Positions 25,916 to 39,689 of a DNA stretch of 64,000 nt are shown here, piece by piece (position 1 is the first letter of the stretch; each line of letters opens with the position of its first letter). Under the pieces are notes generated by a model. The model searched no databases, was not told where the DNA came from, and worked only from the letters and a program-made list of their open reading frames with translations. The DNA comes from Schmidtea nova (lineage: Eukaryota): contig CM097883.1 in NCBI GenBank assembly GCA_044892505.1, positions 314,650,001 to 314,714,000 of the forward strand, given 5' to 3'. Both the position numbers and the translations under genes were made by a program.

Positions 25916-27394
25916 ATGTTACCTAAAGATCACAAAAGTCCTTTAAAAGGTAGACCTCTTGTATCTGCAGTTGACACTCCTTCCACAACACTTTCTAAAG
26001 TTCTTTCAGAAATTCTAAAAACACTTTTGCCTTTGGTTCCTTCTCATCTTAAAAACACAACTGAATTCGTCTCCGAAATTACAAATACGTCTCTTCCGTT
26101 AAACTCAGGACAACAGTACTTCTGGGGATCTCTTGACGTTTCCAATCTTTACGGATCTATTCCTCTTCACGGAGAGAATAACATTTTCGATATCGCAGCT
26201 TCTTTCTTTGAAACTCATAAAGCCAATACTGACCTCGCAGACTTAACTAAACAAGACTTTATAGAACTTCTAAAATTAGCAATAAATTCAGATACTGTCA
26301 TAATTAAAGAAAAACCATTCAAACAAATTCATGGATTAGCCATGGGTAATAACCTTTCTCCCATCTTAGCCATCTTCTACATGAACTTTATAGAATCTAA
26401 GATCATATCTTTTTTTGGGGACAAAATACTTTTCTGGAAACGATACATCGACGACATCTTCATAGTCTCCACAATCCCTCTCAATCAAATCCTATCACAC
26501 GCAAATTCTACTAACACCAACATACAATTTACTTTTGAAACACCGAACACAGAAGGTAAAATACCGTTTTTAGATACCATGGTAAGTTTCACAAAAGGCC
26601 AAGATACACTAAATGCAAACACCGAGCTATATTCTAAAGGTTTACATAGCGGTCATATCCTCCCATGGAAAAGCCACGTTCCACTTCAACGCAAAATCGC
26701 ATTACTAATAGGAGAAAGAAAAAGAGCCATAAGAAACTGTTCAGACGCAAACAAAATACAAGAAACATTAGAAAACTTCAAAATACGATTCCTCCAAAAT
26801 GGATACCCTGAAGACTTTGTAAAGAAACACTTCCTTAACGAACCATACCACAATAAACGCAACAATAGAAAACGCCAGAAACACAATAACAATAACAAAC
26901 ACACAACATATCTAAGATTACCTTTCCTAAATGACACTACAGCCAACAAAATCACCAACATTTTTAATCAAACAGATTTGCCTATCCACATCCGTCCAAC
27001 GTTCATAACCTCCGCACCGTTAAAATCACAACTCCGAAAGCCACCAATTTCCAACATCTCCAAACATAAATGTCTTTGTCGTTCCACAACCCGATGCTTT
27101 TGCTTTTCCAAAAATATAGTATATAAACTTTCTTGTCAAAAATGTGACGCTACTTACATAGGAGAAACACATAGAACTTTTCGCACCCGACTTAATGAAC
27201 ATACTAAAATCAAAACCAGTAATTATTACGAACACTGGGAAAAAGTACATAAAACAACTCCATCTATAGAAGAAACAAAATGCCAGATCCTACAAGAGGG
27301 ATTCAAAAATTCATTACAAAGATTAGCTTCCGAGACTTTTTTCATAAAAAAATACAAACCGTCCATCAACATTCAATTCGCACAAAAAAATTAA
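25916..27394 (+). CDS. Penelope RT plus GIY-YIG endonuclease, inverted and more truncated copy
   Basis: Identical translation to the minus-strand copy from MLPKDHK onward. Confidence 0.88.
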   Translation: MLPKDHKSPLKGRPLVSAVDTPSTTLSKVLSEILKTLLPLVPSHLKNTTEFVSEITNTSLPLNSGQQYFWGSLDVSNLYGSIPLHGENNIFDIAASFFETHKANTDLADLTKQDFIELLKLAINSDTVIIKEKPFKQIHGLAMGNNLSPILAIFYMNFIESKIISFFGDKILFWKRYIDDIFIVSTIPLNQILSHANSTNTNIQFTFETPNTEGKIPFLDTMVSFTKGQDTLNANTELYSKGLHSGHILPWKSHVPLQRKIALLIGERKRAIRNCSDANKIQETLENFKIRFLQNGYPEDFVKKHFLNEPYHNKRNNRKRQKHNNNNKHTTYLRLPFLNDTTANKITNIFNQTDLPIHIRPTFITSAPLKSQLRKPPISNISKHKCLCRSTTRCFCFSKNIVYKLSCQKCDATYIGETHRTFRTRLNEHTKIKTSNYYEHWEKVHKTTPSIEETKCQILQEGFKNSLQRLASETFFIKKYKPSINIQFAQKN

Positions 27395-27490
27395 AATAAA
27401 ATAAATTTTTTCATCCAATAAAATCATTATAAAATATTAAAAAAATAATTAAGGCTACTATTTAGGATTAAGTAAATATAACGATAGAAA

Positions 27491-27526
27491 TACACACTTG
27501 ATAAAGGCTGTGCCGAAATATTGTGT
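27491..27526 (+). ncRNA. Minimal hammerhead-ribozyme-like motif in Penelope 3' region (mirror copy 24068-24103)
   Basis: cacac TTGATAA a GGC tgt GCC GAA ATAT T gtgt: stem I cacac/gtgt, U3-A8 variant core, 3-bp stem II, palindromic ATAT in place of stem III. Confidence 0.55.
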
Positions 27527-30399
27527 TATTGTTTATATAAATAAAAATTTTGATCTATAGTCATTATGAGAATTATTGATAATAATAATAAAAAAAGATC
27601 AAAGGTNNNNNNNNNNNNNNNNNNNNNNNNNNNNNNNNNNNNNNNNNNNNNNNNNNNNNNNNNNNNNNNNNNNNNNNNNNNNNNNNNNNNNNNNNNNNNN
27701 NNNNNNNNNNNNNNNNNNNNNNNNNNNNNNNNNNNNNNNNNNNNNNNNNNNNNNNNNNNNNNNNNNNNNNNNNNNNNNNNNNNNNNNNNNNNNNNNNNNN
27801 NNNNNNNNNNNNNNNNNNNNNNNNNNNNNNNNNNNNNNNNNNNNNNNNNNNNNNNNNNNNNNNNNNNNNNNNNNNNNNNNNNNNNNNNNNNNNNNNNNNN
27901 NNNNNNNNNNNNNNNNNNNNNNNNNNNNNNNNNNNNNNNNNNNNNNNNNNNNNNNNNNNNNNNNNNNNNNNNNNNNNNNNNNNNNNNNNNNNNNNNNNNN
28001 NNNNNNNNNNNNNNNNNNNNNNNNNNTTACTTTTGTATTAATGATACAGTATTTTCTATGGACGAATTCGTGCTAATTTATATTTATTGATTTCTCTAGA
28101 CAGGAAATAAACTTAACAAGACTCAAAGGAACATTAAAGTAAAACTCTGACAAAAATTAATTCTGATTCAGATAAAAAAATTAATTAATTGTGACGAGAA
28201 TAAATTGTAAAGATTTTATTATTTTTTTAAATTTAACAATAGAATTATGTTATTAATTAATAATGAATTTTTTCATTAATAGAATTTGCTATTAATTAAT
28301 GTATTATTTAATGTCTTGAATGTGGTTTAAAAATATTTATTACTCGTAAAAATAAAAATTTAAAACTCAATAAATGAATTAATTTAAGCTGTCCATTAAA
28401 GTGGATTGAATTTTTTTCTAAATCCAAGTTTCCAATAGCGATGAAAAAGTTGCGTGATGGTAAGGCACTTCTGCTTTATTCGAATTCGTTCAACTTGGGG
28501 ACGCAAAGGGGCAGAGGTTTAGCTTAGGAAGCACTAGTTTGTGAACATAATAATTTTTGAGATATCTCGAATGTTTTATGCTTATATGCTTCCTATAACT
28601 CTATATAATCGAAATTTTTCACCAAATAAAACTTTTGCAGCAAAGGTTTATTTTGTTATTTATTAATTATTTCATATTTAATTAATGCTGCTACCAAGAA
28701 ACCAACCTTTTATATAACTCAATATGTAGTTATAATGAATTATTAGCTGCATTAGTAGGGGATGTAAATGGTCTGGCACAAGAAATCTATCACTAAAATG
28801 TATAAATTACATAATAATGTAACAATGACCACCTAAAATACTTTTCTAGGGCGTAAATTATTTTCATTTCATATTATTATAATATTGCACAATACTCTAT
28901 ATCGATGTAATCGGTTACTGTACAGGTTACATAATATTAATATTACTTAACTGATGTCATCAATGATCATCTTACTGATTACATAATTGTTATTTTTTAC
29001 TTTTCACATTTTTTACATTTTTTTATTTTTTAAAATTTTTTTTAAAAATCAATAAAAAATATAAATACATAAGAAAAGATAAAATTTTTAAATAAATTTT
29101 TATTCAATAAAAAAGTATCTTCCGAGGGGATTTTATTTTGTGTTTTAAATACCCAAGTAGTGGGCTTTCATATTTTGGCTACCAATATATGTAGTGATTG
29201 CTGTCTTTTAATATTGAAACAGTAAGTACATACGTTGATACACGAAACTCTCATTGCATCCTTACATACAACGCAGTTTTCAACGAATTTCACACCAGCT
29301 TTAAGCACCATATCATGATGCATTTGGAGCAGCTTCTCGATGTTAATACCAGTAAAATGGTAGATTTTATGTACGAACAACTCGTGAGCGCAATAATCCA
29401 GACTGCTTTTTAAAGTTGAAAATAACTCATATCTTTTTAAGAACCACTTCTAGTAAATTAACTAAATAAAAAATTAAAATTAAAATAAACCATCTCTTAT
29501 TTTTTGACATTTTCAAATTTTTACAGTAAAAAATTACAATTAATACAAACAAAATTTATTTAATAAATTAACATTTATTTCATTAATAATATTATAATAA
29601 TATTAAAAATACATCATTAATAATATTTTAATTCGAAGAATAACAACTTTCCTGCTTAAAAATACATTGACAAAAACTGGATAAATTTTCTGTAGGCGTA
29701 ATGCTGGGAATATTTTGAGTTCGAACCAGCAACGACATTCTTTTGTAAATCATAAAAATTTATAGATTTTCCGATATCTACCGTCACAGTAATTGATCGA
29801 ATTTCTAACTTTTTATTCTTGAATTTCAAATCACCCGGTTTTTAAGGTTGATTGTATCCCATTACCCAGCAGATCGGGAAAAGACGATGGACTACTTACC
29901 GCTTCAATCTACAACCTGTTTTGGTTTTGCACTTGGAAATCCCATGCCGCTAAACTAAACATTTAACTTTATAATTGATCAAGATTTTTGATTAATTAAA
30001 CAAATATATACAATAATTAATTAATTAAATAAAAATTAAATTAAAAAAACATTAGTCATCTAGATTAAGACAGTGTGATGTAATAATTATTGACAATTTG
30101 TAACAATAAGTCAATAAAGAAAAAGTTTTTAATAATTTATTTAAATAAATAGTAGACATTTTGGTGTTACAGTTATTTTCATAACTCAAAATTTATTTCA
30201 TCAAGGGTTTTTTATTCCAAATCAAAAAAGAATTATTCCAATCAAAATGGTGTATTTATTGATACATTAATTCCAATAGTATTATCAGCAAAAATTCAAT
30301 ACCAGTTAAACATAATTTAGATTTAAATATATTAACATCTTGGTGTAACAAAGAAGAAAATATTACCCAAAAAGGAAATATTTTTAAAAAAAAATTAAT

Positions 30400-30790
30400 T
30401 CAAAAGTTATGGACAAATTCAAAAGATTTCGATGGTTTGGGTCGAATAAGCAAACTTTCAAAAAGAGAAAATAACTTAAAGAAAGATAAACAAAAATGGT
30501 CATCGGATCAATTGACATATATTTTAAATAAACCAATACTGAATAAATTTCCTACACCTAAATATAAAACAATTGGTGTTGATGATTTATGACAAATTGA
30601 TTCAAATGAAATGATACCTTTTTTCAAAAACAAACAATGAATATAAGTATATTTTGATTTGAATTAATATGTTTAGTCACTATACACGTGAAGTTCCAAC
30701 AAAAGCTAAATCTGCAAATGAAATCGCTGAAGCTATATAAACGTTATTTTTAGATGAACAGCTCTAAATTTACAAACTGATTTTGAAATT
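30400..30790 (+). pseudogene. Polinton retroviral-type integrase remnant
   Basis: NKPILNKFPTPKYKTIGVDDL*QIDSNEMIPF and ALNLQTD match Polinton integrase motifs (LHKP..RR..GIDDLWQADL..EM, KNLQTD). Confidence 0.7.
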
Positions 30791-30869
30791 GCTTTGATTG
30801 ATTTTACTTTAGTTTATAATCTGCTCCTGTGTTAAATTGAAACTAAAAGAAATTCAAGAAATCAATTAT

Positions 30870-31630
30870 TTGAGAGTAAATAATCAAAATAATACATTCG
30901 AAGTTATAAATTCGCAACCTAGTTCAGATACTGATGTTTTCATTGAAAAAATATAAAAATCTCGTGATTGTTTTTCCACACGTTCCACTTAAAATAAAAT
31001 TTCCAGATCTTGAACATGCAAAATGTTTGGATTGGATTATTCAATGATTATTAGTGAAAATGATTATTGTCGTTTAATATTACCAAAATTCACCAAGAAT
31101 AATAAACTTGAACAATTTGGAATATTAATAAATAATGACATTAAAACAATTAATGATCACTATTTTCAAGAAACATTATTCATAATGACATTACTGGAAT
31201 TGCAGGGATATTTAGTGGCAATAAATACATCTCCATTTAAAGAAATAAAACTTGTAAATGATGAATTGGTTAAAATTACTCTTCACTATAATATTACAAG
31301 AATAACGTTTGATTGAAATTTGAACAAAACTCTGGACTACAGAAACATACAGTCCGTGACAAAATTTCAAAGATTTTACAACCATCAACAAATATTTATT
31401 TACATTAGCGACCTATTGATTGTTGGTGATGTAAGATTTCCCCTTCTAAAATCAAGTAGAATTAAAAACGACGATCAAGGCGAAAATATAAAAATCTAAA
31501 TTAAGAATACAATGTATTTACCTATTCTAACGTCAAAATTAAAATTGAAATCAATATTCGTGACGACAGAGGAAAGTTAATTAAACTTTCAAAAAATATA
31601 AAAACACATTTACCTCTGCATTTCGTAAAA
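30870..31630 (+). pseudogene. Polinton minor capsid (penton-like) remnant 1
   Basis: IFIYISDLLIVGDVRFPLLK and IEINIRDDRGKLIKL..LHF resemble penton C-terminal motifs. Confidence 0.55.
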
Positions 31631-31839
31631 TAAATGATTAAAAAAGATTATTCTTGCCCGTTGACCTTTTCCAATAATAAAGTTGGAAAATTTAATGTTG
31701 AATATCAAAACCATATTTATTTAGATTGTAATTGAAAGTTGCTCTTTCAGATTTCGATTTTGTGTACAATAACTTACCATTTTATAAAAGTTTAAATATA
31801 AAATTTACATTCTAGTTATTAATATTTCAATTTTAATCA

Positions 31840-32575
31840 AGAAATGAATGAATATGATATTAGTCACGATTCACAGTATAACTTTATGTATATAAATAAC
31901 AACATGTTATATGTTAATTGTAAATATTTTCCATTTCAACTAATATTCGATAGTGTCGAACAAGCTCAAAAATTATGATTTAAAGAAAAAACTGTGACTT
32001 TTGACAATGAAATGAATAAAATTGTAATTCCTGCAAATGATAATAAAAAACTTGTTGATACAATGTGATTTACAATAACTTATTCTTACATTGTTGAATA
32101 TATCGATAAATTCAAAGAAGATTTAATAATAAAAGATCTGACGAAATTATCGGATCAGATCAAGTTTTTACCCCCGTCCATTTAAATTAATTGATATAAA
32201 AATGGAAATTAATTTTCAAAGATGATATAAATAGTGTTGAATTTAGTAAGAATTTGGCTAATTCATTAAGTTTAATAGAACTAGAATTTTCAGAGAAAAT
32301 TATTAATGGTGTATAGTATCTGAAAATCTTAAAACATATTCATATATACGAATATTATTCAACTAATTCTCGTTGGTGACATGCCAGTTCCCTTATTGAA
32401 ATGTGTTTGCGTTGAAAAAAAAAGAAGATTTGATACAAATTGTTGAGAAAAAGCCAATATATTTATAGGTCAGTTCCGCATTTATAAACAATATATAAAT
32501 CACTATTCGTGGCGACAGGGGAAAAATAGTTAAATTTACTAAAATAATAAGACATTACATTTCCGTAAAATAAAT
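31840..32575 (+). pseudogene. Polinton minor capsid (penton-like) remnant 2
   Basis: YIYTNIIQLILVGDMPVPLLKCV and TIRGDRGKIVKF. Confidence 0.55.
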
Positions 32576-32989
32576 GAATTATTCAGATATTATCAGTTTC
32601 TATAGCAACAGGCAATTAGGTGGCGAATTACGGTATTTTTTATGTAAAAAGTATGGTTCAGGTTGGTTGAAAATAGTTGGTTGATTTGCGTTATTAATTC
32701 TGAGACGTATTGGAAATTTCAGCATTAAAACTGCCAACGATGTATTAAATAGTAAATCGAAAACTTTACCTTCGTTAAAATCCGATGCTCTTTCTTAAAT
32801 TAAAAAATCATTACCTGATATAATTCATCATTTACCACAAGTAATTAATAGTGATTGATGTGTTTAATGAAAATAAACAAAATCGTGAAATTCTTAAATG
32901 TAAAAGAAATATGAAGAAACATATAAACAAAAGAATGAAAGGATATGGAACAATTTTTGAAAAATTATTTGTGCAAAACTGAATTATGT

Positions 32990-33490
32990 TTTTAGACAGA
33001 CCTCACTACAAACAATGATTGTATATGGCCCATTTGAAGATATTTAACTAACAAATTACATTACAGATTCTGGAACATCGTTTATTCAATTTAACATCAA
33101 AGGATCTCAAACTGAATATTTATATTTAAATGATACTTTACTATCTCTTCAAGTTAAAGTTGTAAAGAAATCGGGTTAAAATTTTGGATTGAATACTGAT
33201 ATTACTCCAAAAAATTATTTTTTTCAAACTATTTAAAAAAACCGAATTGATTTTCAATTCTACAAATGTTGAAGGGGGAATGATACATTTATAAGCAAAG
33301 CTTTGATTGAAATCATTCTTAATCACAGAAGTGATATGAAAAAAAGACATCTTTAAATCCAATGGGATTTAGTGAACATACTGCTAAAAGAAAATTGTGG
33401 ATTGCAAAATCAAAAACTTTCTCAATTTGTTCACCATTACATTTCAATTTCATGGAAAAGCCAAAATATTTAATACCAGATGTAAATTAA
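32990..33490 (+). pseudogene. Polinton major capsid protein N-terminal remnant
   Basis: IQFNIKGSQTEYLYLNDTLLSLQVKVVK, PKNYFFQTI, KALIEIILNH and KPKYLIPDV resemble the Polinton MCP N-terminus. Confidence 0.55.
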
Positions 33491-33759
33491 ATTGACGGTT
33501 AAATTAATTAATTTAAATTAATGGTTAGTGATTACAAAACTTTATTCTTGCATTTTAGCTATTTTGAAATTAAACACAAACCATCTTAATTAATTATATT
33601 TACAGTACAGTGTTTTAAAATTAAAGAATTAGGGGTATTATTGTGTACGCGATCGCTTAAAAGACTAATTTGAGCAAATTAAGTCAAAATAAACTTTACG
33701 TTAATACAAAATCGTATTGTGATGAACTTCATTTAATTAATTATTTCGTATAATTTATT

Positions 33760-35186
33760 TGTTGTCAGAAAAGTCAAACTCAAGATAGAGAAGATTATAA
33801 TAATTGACTCTATTTCTATTAGAAATAGAGCCATTCCTTATAATTTTTCCTATCTTGATTTTGACCCTTCCGACATGCCCATTAGACTCTGCAATATACC
33901 AAATTTTGAGGCTGAAAACCTCGGTCTTTCTATTAATGTTTTATCTTATGATGAGGATGCTCTTTTGGATGATTCAGCAAATCCAAAAGCTTTTAAACAT
34001 CCTTGCGTTGATGTAATACACAGATCGAAAGTTGTTCAGGGTATTTCAATTAATTTAAATTTATTAGAAAGTGGTGATGCTTATCATTCAATTGCAGTTA
34101 CCATTACATTGGAGAAATTTTGGGGCTGCTTGTAATTCTTGCAATCAGTTGGAATAGAGACGCAAAATATTGTCTGTTATTTTTCATAATTTAAAGGAAT
34201 ATGACTTTCAGCACATCCTTAAATAAGCCTTGCTTGATTTAAAAACATGTAAAGTTTCCGAAATTTCCATTATTAGCAAAGAATATTTAACATTGTCTGC
34301 AAGAGTCTGTGATTTAACTGTTAAATTCATCAATTCTTGTTTTTTAAATTCAAGTTTAAATGACGCCGTTAACACTCACATCATTGTCTTTGACTGTCTG
34401 AATTCACAGGAACTATTGTTGATTGTAAAGGTATTTTACCTTATAATTTTGCTACCTTAGAAATATTTAGTAATACTTATGAATAACCTCCAATCTGGGA
34501 AGGAGGTTCTGAAGAAAATTATGACAAGGCACTGGTAATTTGGAGGGAATCTCAGTGTCAAATTCTCTGTGGCTTTATTATGGTCTGTTTAAAACTTGAT
34601 ATCTTTCTTCTTACCGATTTATTTCAGCAGTTTAGGACTAAATCAATACCATAAAATTGGGTAGAGTCTTTGAAATCTTTGAGGATTCCAAATATATCGC
34701 GGGCTTCTGCGTTTATTACCTTGGATGAACCTAATAAATTGCTCCAGGATATAGAGATTTATAATTTTCTTTTCATTTACTGTCCTCCGAAATGAGTGAA
34801 CTCTTATACATTGATATAAATAATTTATATGGGTGGGCTTAAGGCCAAAAATTACTTTATGGGAAATTTGAGTGGATCACTGACCAGACTAAATTAAATA
34901 AATAAATTTAATGGATACCTATTTGGCTATTTTAACATATGGAGTTACCTTTGAAGTGGATCTTGAAGTCCCTTCTGAAATTCATTATAAACTAAACGGT
35001 TTCCTGTTGAAGCAGAAAAAATGTGTGCTCCGGATTAAAAGGCTAAGAAGCTGTTGTTTATGCATCGCAAGTTGAATTAGGTTATTTTTGGCGGCTTTTC
35101 AAGTTTTTCTTTCATTAGGTGTTAAAATAACATGGTATCAACGCGAGGTTCAATATAAGCAGAAAGTTATTTTTCAATAAATATTG
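33760..35186 (+). pseudogene. Old decayed pPolB, 5' part (continues at 47608-48190)
   Basis: DPSDMPIRLCNIPNFEAENLGLSINVLSYDE and YIDINNLYGWA are homologous to the younger pPolB. The frame ends in KQKVIFQ*YI at the TSD. Confidence 0.85.
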
Positions 35187-35690
35187 AGTAGGAGGATGTG
35201 TCAGGTCTGGATCCGTATGAGTTATCGCGCGTTTTTTGGCGCCATTTTTTAAGTGTGTTTTGTTTAAATGTTTGGATTTTTTTTTATTATTTTTATTTTA
35301 TTATTAAATTATTTCTTTTTTTTTATTTAAATAATTTTTTTTTATTAATTTATTTTAATTAGTTATTTATTTTTTTAAAAATATTATTAATTTACCTTTG
35401 TTAATATAATTTATTATTGTTCTTATTATTTTTCAACACCTTCAATGATAAACGTTCAATGAAAGCACTCATCAAAATATTATAAGCATATATCAAAATG
35501 AGACAATTCTGAACAACATAAAATTAGTTAATCAAATACGATAAATATTAAAATAATTATTTATTTTTATTAATATTACTATTATTTATATGACATAACC
35601 ATAGTTTCTAAAAATTATTACCCAAATTATAAAAACAGACTGAAACTAATCTGTACAATATATAACTAAATAATTAAAAAACAAAGTTCT

Positions 35691-38600
35691 TCAACAAATT
35701 TTATTTAATAAAACTGTTTCTTCTTCAGTTTGATCTTGGAATTGGTGATATGGATTGATTCTTGGATCGGTATGTTGAAATATAACCAAGTCACCTTCCA
35801 TATAATGGCCATATGCCAAGCTTTTATTTTTCGCCACCCATTTCCTTTTATCATCTGCGTTTGTCAGTGCAGTCTTTTCATTTTTAATAGTAAAAAGTTG
35901 GTGATTTTTACTTGTGATTCTCGTTTGGAGAACAGAAAATATTTGGTTATTATTAAAACAGTCCAGGTACGACTGATGCTTTATGTCAGTACCCGCTAAT
36001 GTTGCCCCCTTAGCTTTATTAGTTTCCTCGTCACCTAAAAGACTATAACATTTAGGTCTAAGAAACACCCACTACTCGTATTTAAGCCCTTTATTCTCGT
36101 CTTTGAACTTGCCAATGACAGAATCAAGGTTCCTACTATATAATGGGTGATTCGGATCATAATTAGAAGTGTCAAGTAAGTTATCTCGTATCATGGCCGG
36201 TAAAAGAATATCAAGCTTACAATTTCTAATCTCAAGAAAAAACGAATCGGTGTCACCAGCTACGATGTTAATTTCGCAGTTGAATTCGTTACGATATTTT
36301 TGTAACTCTTCATACTGCAGCTGGTACATTCTAAGTTTAGATAGATCCAGTACAGTTTGACCAATGTAGCTGGGTCTATCCAAACACACCGATTCCTGAT
36401 TCAGCAAGACGGCAACCAAATCACCGTCAATTTCGAAAGTCCTTTTAAAAGTTGGCTTAGAAGTATATGTAATCAGCCTAGAAGCCGAATTACATAATCT
36501 TAAATATATGCGCTTTTTAAGATTCTCTACGGTTTTACCGTAGAGACTATTATTTAATAATTTATAATAAATTTTATCCAGAGCATTACTTGATTCTGCT
36601 CTAAGTCTGGTATTGGTATCGATGTAATCCTTAAAAATACATGCTTGTTTAAATTTAATTGCCCTATGGACATGAGTTATTTTTACTCCAAGAGAAAGAA
36701 AAAGTTTGAGAAGTCTCCAATGAAGAACATAGTTCTTCTTGGGATAATGCGTAAGCATCAACTTCTCAACCTTTGAGCCAGGTGGACACATCTTTTCAGC
36801 GGCAACTGGCAAATCATCCAGCTTGTCGTGAATCGAATCAGGAATTTCTAAATCGACTTCTAATGTAAATCCAAATGTTAATACTTCTAAATCAGCAGAT
36901 TCACACTAATAAATTATTTTATTTCATTTTTCCCTATCAGTTACCCATTTAAATTCTTTATAAGGTAGTTTTTGGCTTAAAGCCCACCCATATAAATTAT
37001 TTATATCTATATAAAGAAGCTCAGTGTCGTCGGAGGATATTACATGGTGTATGTTAACAAATGTTAACCCACCACGGATCCCCCCTTCGAAAAAATTATA
37101 CATCTCCATATCTTGAAGCAACTCGATAGGAGATTTCAAAGTCATCAAAGCTGAATTCCATGACATGTCTGGAATTCCCAAGAAATTAAGAGGCTCAAGT
37201 CGGTTATGTGCAATGGATTTTGCCCTAAATTGCTGAAAAAAGTCGGCAAGTAAGAAAACATCCAATTTCAGGTATAACATCATATAATCAAACAATGTTT
37301 CACAATTAAATTCATCCCATATATGTTGAGCTTTTTCATACTCGTCGATTTTAACTCCTTCCCAAATCGGTGGCAACTCGTATGTATTTTGTAAAACTTC
37401 TAAAGAAGTTGCAAAATTATATGGGAATATGCTTTTGGATGTAATAATAGTCCCTAAAAAGTCAGATGAAGTAAGAGGAAAATCTGTTAAAGTCTTTACA
37501 GCATCGTTTAAGCTACAGCTTACAAATTGGCAAGAATCGATAAATTTAATAGTCAAACTATCGACTCTTGCATATAAAGTCAAAAACTTTTCACTTGTAG
37601 TAGGAATACAACTTATATCCCATTTAACGTATTTATTTAAACCATACTTGAGAATATGATGCAAATCATATCCGCGTAAATTATGAAATATGACTGGCAT
37701 AATGAATCTTATTTGCCGAGAAAAATTGCATTTAGAGCAAGCTGCACCCAAGTATTTACCTGTATAATGGTCATGATCTTTAACCGGATTTTTCAAAGGT
37801 TTATTACATAAATAACAAATTGTAGAACTACGAAATGATCTTATTTGTGCAGGAGAAAGATATTCCATTTTCCTTTTGGAATTATTTATAAAGTAAGGTA
37901 AAACTACTTTTTCTCCTATATCATTGATTTCAGTCAAAAACTCTTCTACACAGTTAAGACCATAAAAGCTTTTATACGATTTTTCGCCGGTAAAGTTATT
38001 AATAAGCAACAAGCCAGCAGAAATAGGCAAGTGACGTTGAAAATACTTATCGTCCTTCGGCAAAACAGCCTCAAAATCGGCATATACAACGAAAGGAGGG
38101 GTAACAATCTTTGACCAATCTTTAAATTCCAAGTTCTTATCTGAAGGTAAAGTGTATAAAGTTGTACCTAACTGATTTTTTGTGCATAAAGCCTGATGTT
38201 TCTCAAAAGCTTCAGTCAATCTAAAACCATTCAAGCAACGCTCGCACCACGTGCACCTTATTTGAACATCAGTAACAGAAAGAGTGTCACAATTTAAAAG
38301 TCTATTAATATTGGTAACTGCAATATAATGAAAAGAGTCACTTTTCTCTAACAAAATCAAATTAATTGGAGTGCCACCTACAACCTTTGACCTATGAATA
38401 ATATCTACAAATGGATGTTTCATGACTTCTTCCTCCTCAGTAATATAATTTAGATCATACTCGTCATATGAAAGAATATTTATTGCCAACCCCGGGGTTT
38501 TCGCTTCAAATTTGGGTATATTACATAATTTCATTGGAAAATCAGAAGGATCAAACACAAGGTCTAAGGGATTATAAGTATAAGACTTACTTCTATTAGA

Positions 38601-39398
38601 TTTCACATCCTTGTATTTTAAAATAGCCAAGATGCTATATATAAAACACAAGTTATCTGTATTCTTTACATTGACAGTGCAATGTTTTGCATTTAATGAT
38701 GGAGGGGTTGAACAATAACCTTTACCGATCAATCTACTTATTTGGGAATATTTTGTAAGTTTAAAGCTTATTTCTTTAATTTTATTTATTGACCAATTGC
38801 TGCCATTTTCGCAGACTTTAGTCATTTTTTCGCTTAATAGAGCAATACCTTCATCTAAAAAGGTATCACTCATTGGTTTTGCGGAATTTGATATTATAAA
38901 AGATTGAAATTGCTTATTCTTTTCAAATTCTACATCAATACAAAAATGTACTTTTACATACCCCATTTTGGAAATAACTGAATTAAATTTATTTAATAAA
39001 GGCGAAGGAATAATTAATTTATTTAAATTTAAAGAATCTACATCCATTTTAACAATGGCATGGGATTTTTTCAAATTATATTTAACCAAAGGTTCAACAG
39101 AACCACCATATTGGACAACATGTAAATTAGGAATAACCAAAACATCGTCATTTGATGAATGGACATCTTCATCATCGGATATTACAATTACTTTAGCCGG
39201 TTTAGGACAAACAGTAACATTTCGTCGTTTACTTTTATTAATTAATGCGAAAAGAGTTTTCTTAGTACATGAGAATTGATCTAAATGGAGATAATGTTGG
39301 AAATAAAAATCAATGTAATTTATATGTTGGGCGCTCTTACATGTGGGACATAAATAGAAGGTGACTTGATTATTTATAAGACGATAGTATCGCTCCAT
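35691..39398 (-). pseudogene. polB: Protein-primed family B DNA polymerase, left arm (in-frame stops at 36924 and 36069)
   Basis: VYADFE exonuclease I, FHNLRGYD, CYLC..DHDHYTGKYLGAACSKCN endonuclease VII-like zinc insert, YIDINNLYG, KLLNNSLYGK, GDTDS, PKCY. Confidence 0.92.
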
Positions 39399-39689
39399 TA
39401 ACTTGTGGCAGTCGTTATGATTTGACGACTTACAATAATTCGCATAAAATTTACCTTAATATGAAATATCTTTAAATTTATCAAAGAATCATTAAAATAA
39501 ATTAATAAAAATATGAATTATTAGAAAATAAATATGAAATTTAAGATAAATATGATTTAAATATAATAATTACTAAAATAATTTAAATTTAATATAAAAA
39601 TTATTACAAAATAATATTAAAGGAATTTGTTTAAATTAACTGTTTACGTAAAGTAAAGATTATTTAAATTATTACAAAATATTATCAAA

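Larger units (their letters stand above)
24033..27561. mobile_element. Penelope-like element as a head-to-head inverted duplication (arms 24033-25682 and 25912-27561, 229-bp spacer)
   Basis: Mirror coordinates sum to 51594 throughout. The two translated ORFs are identical. Confidence 0.9.

Noticed and set aside
19799-28090. ORFs containing runs of X
   Set aside because: Artefacts of the N gaps.
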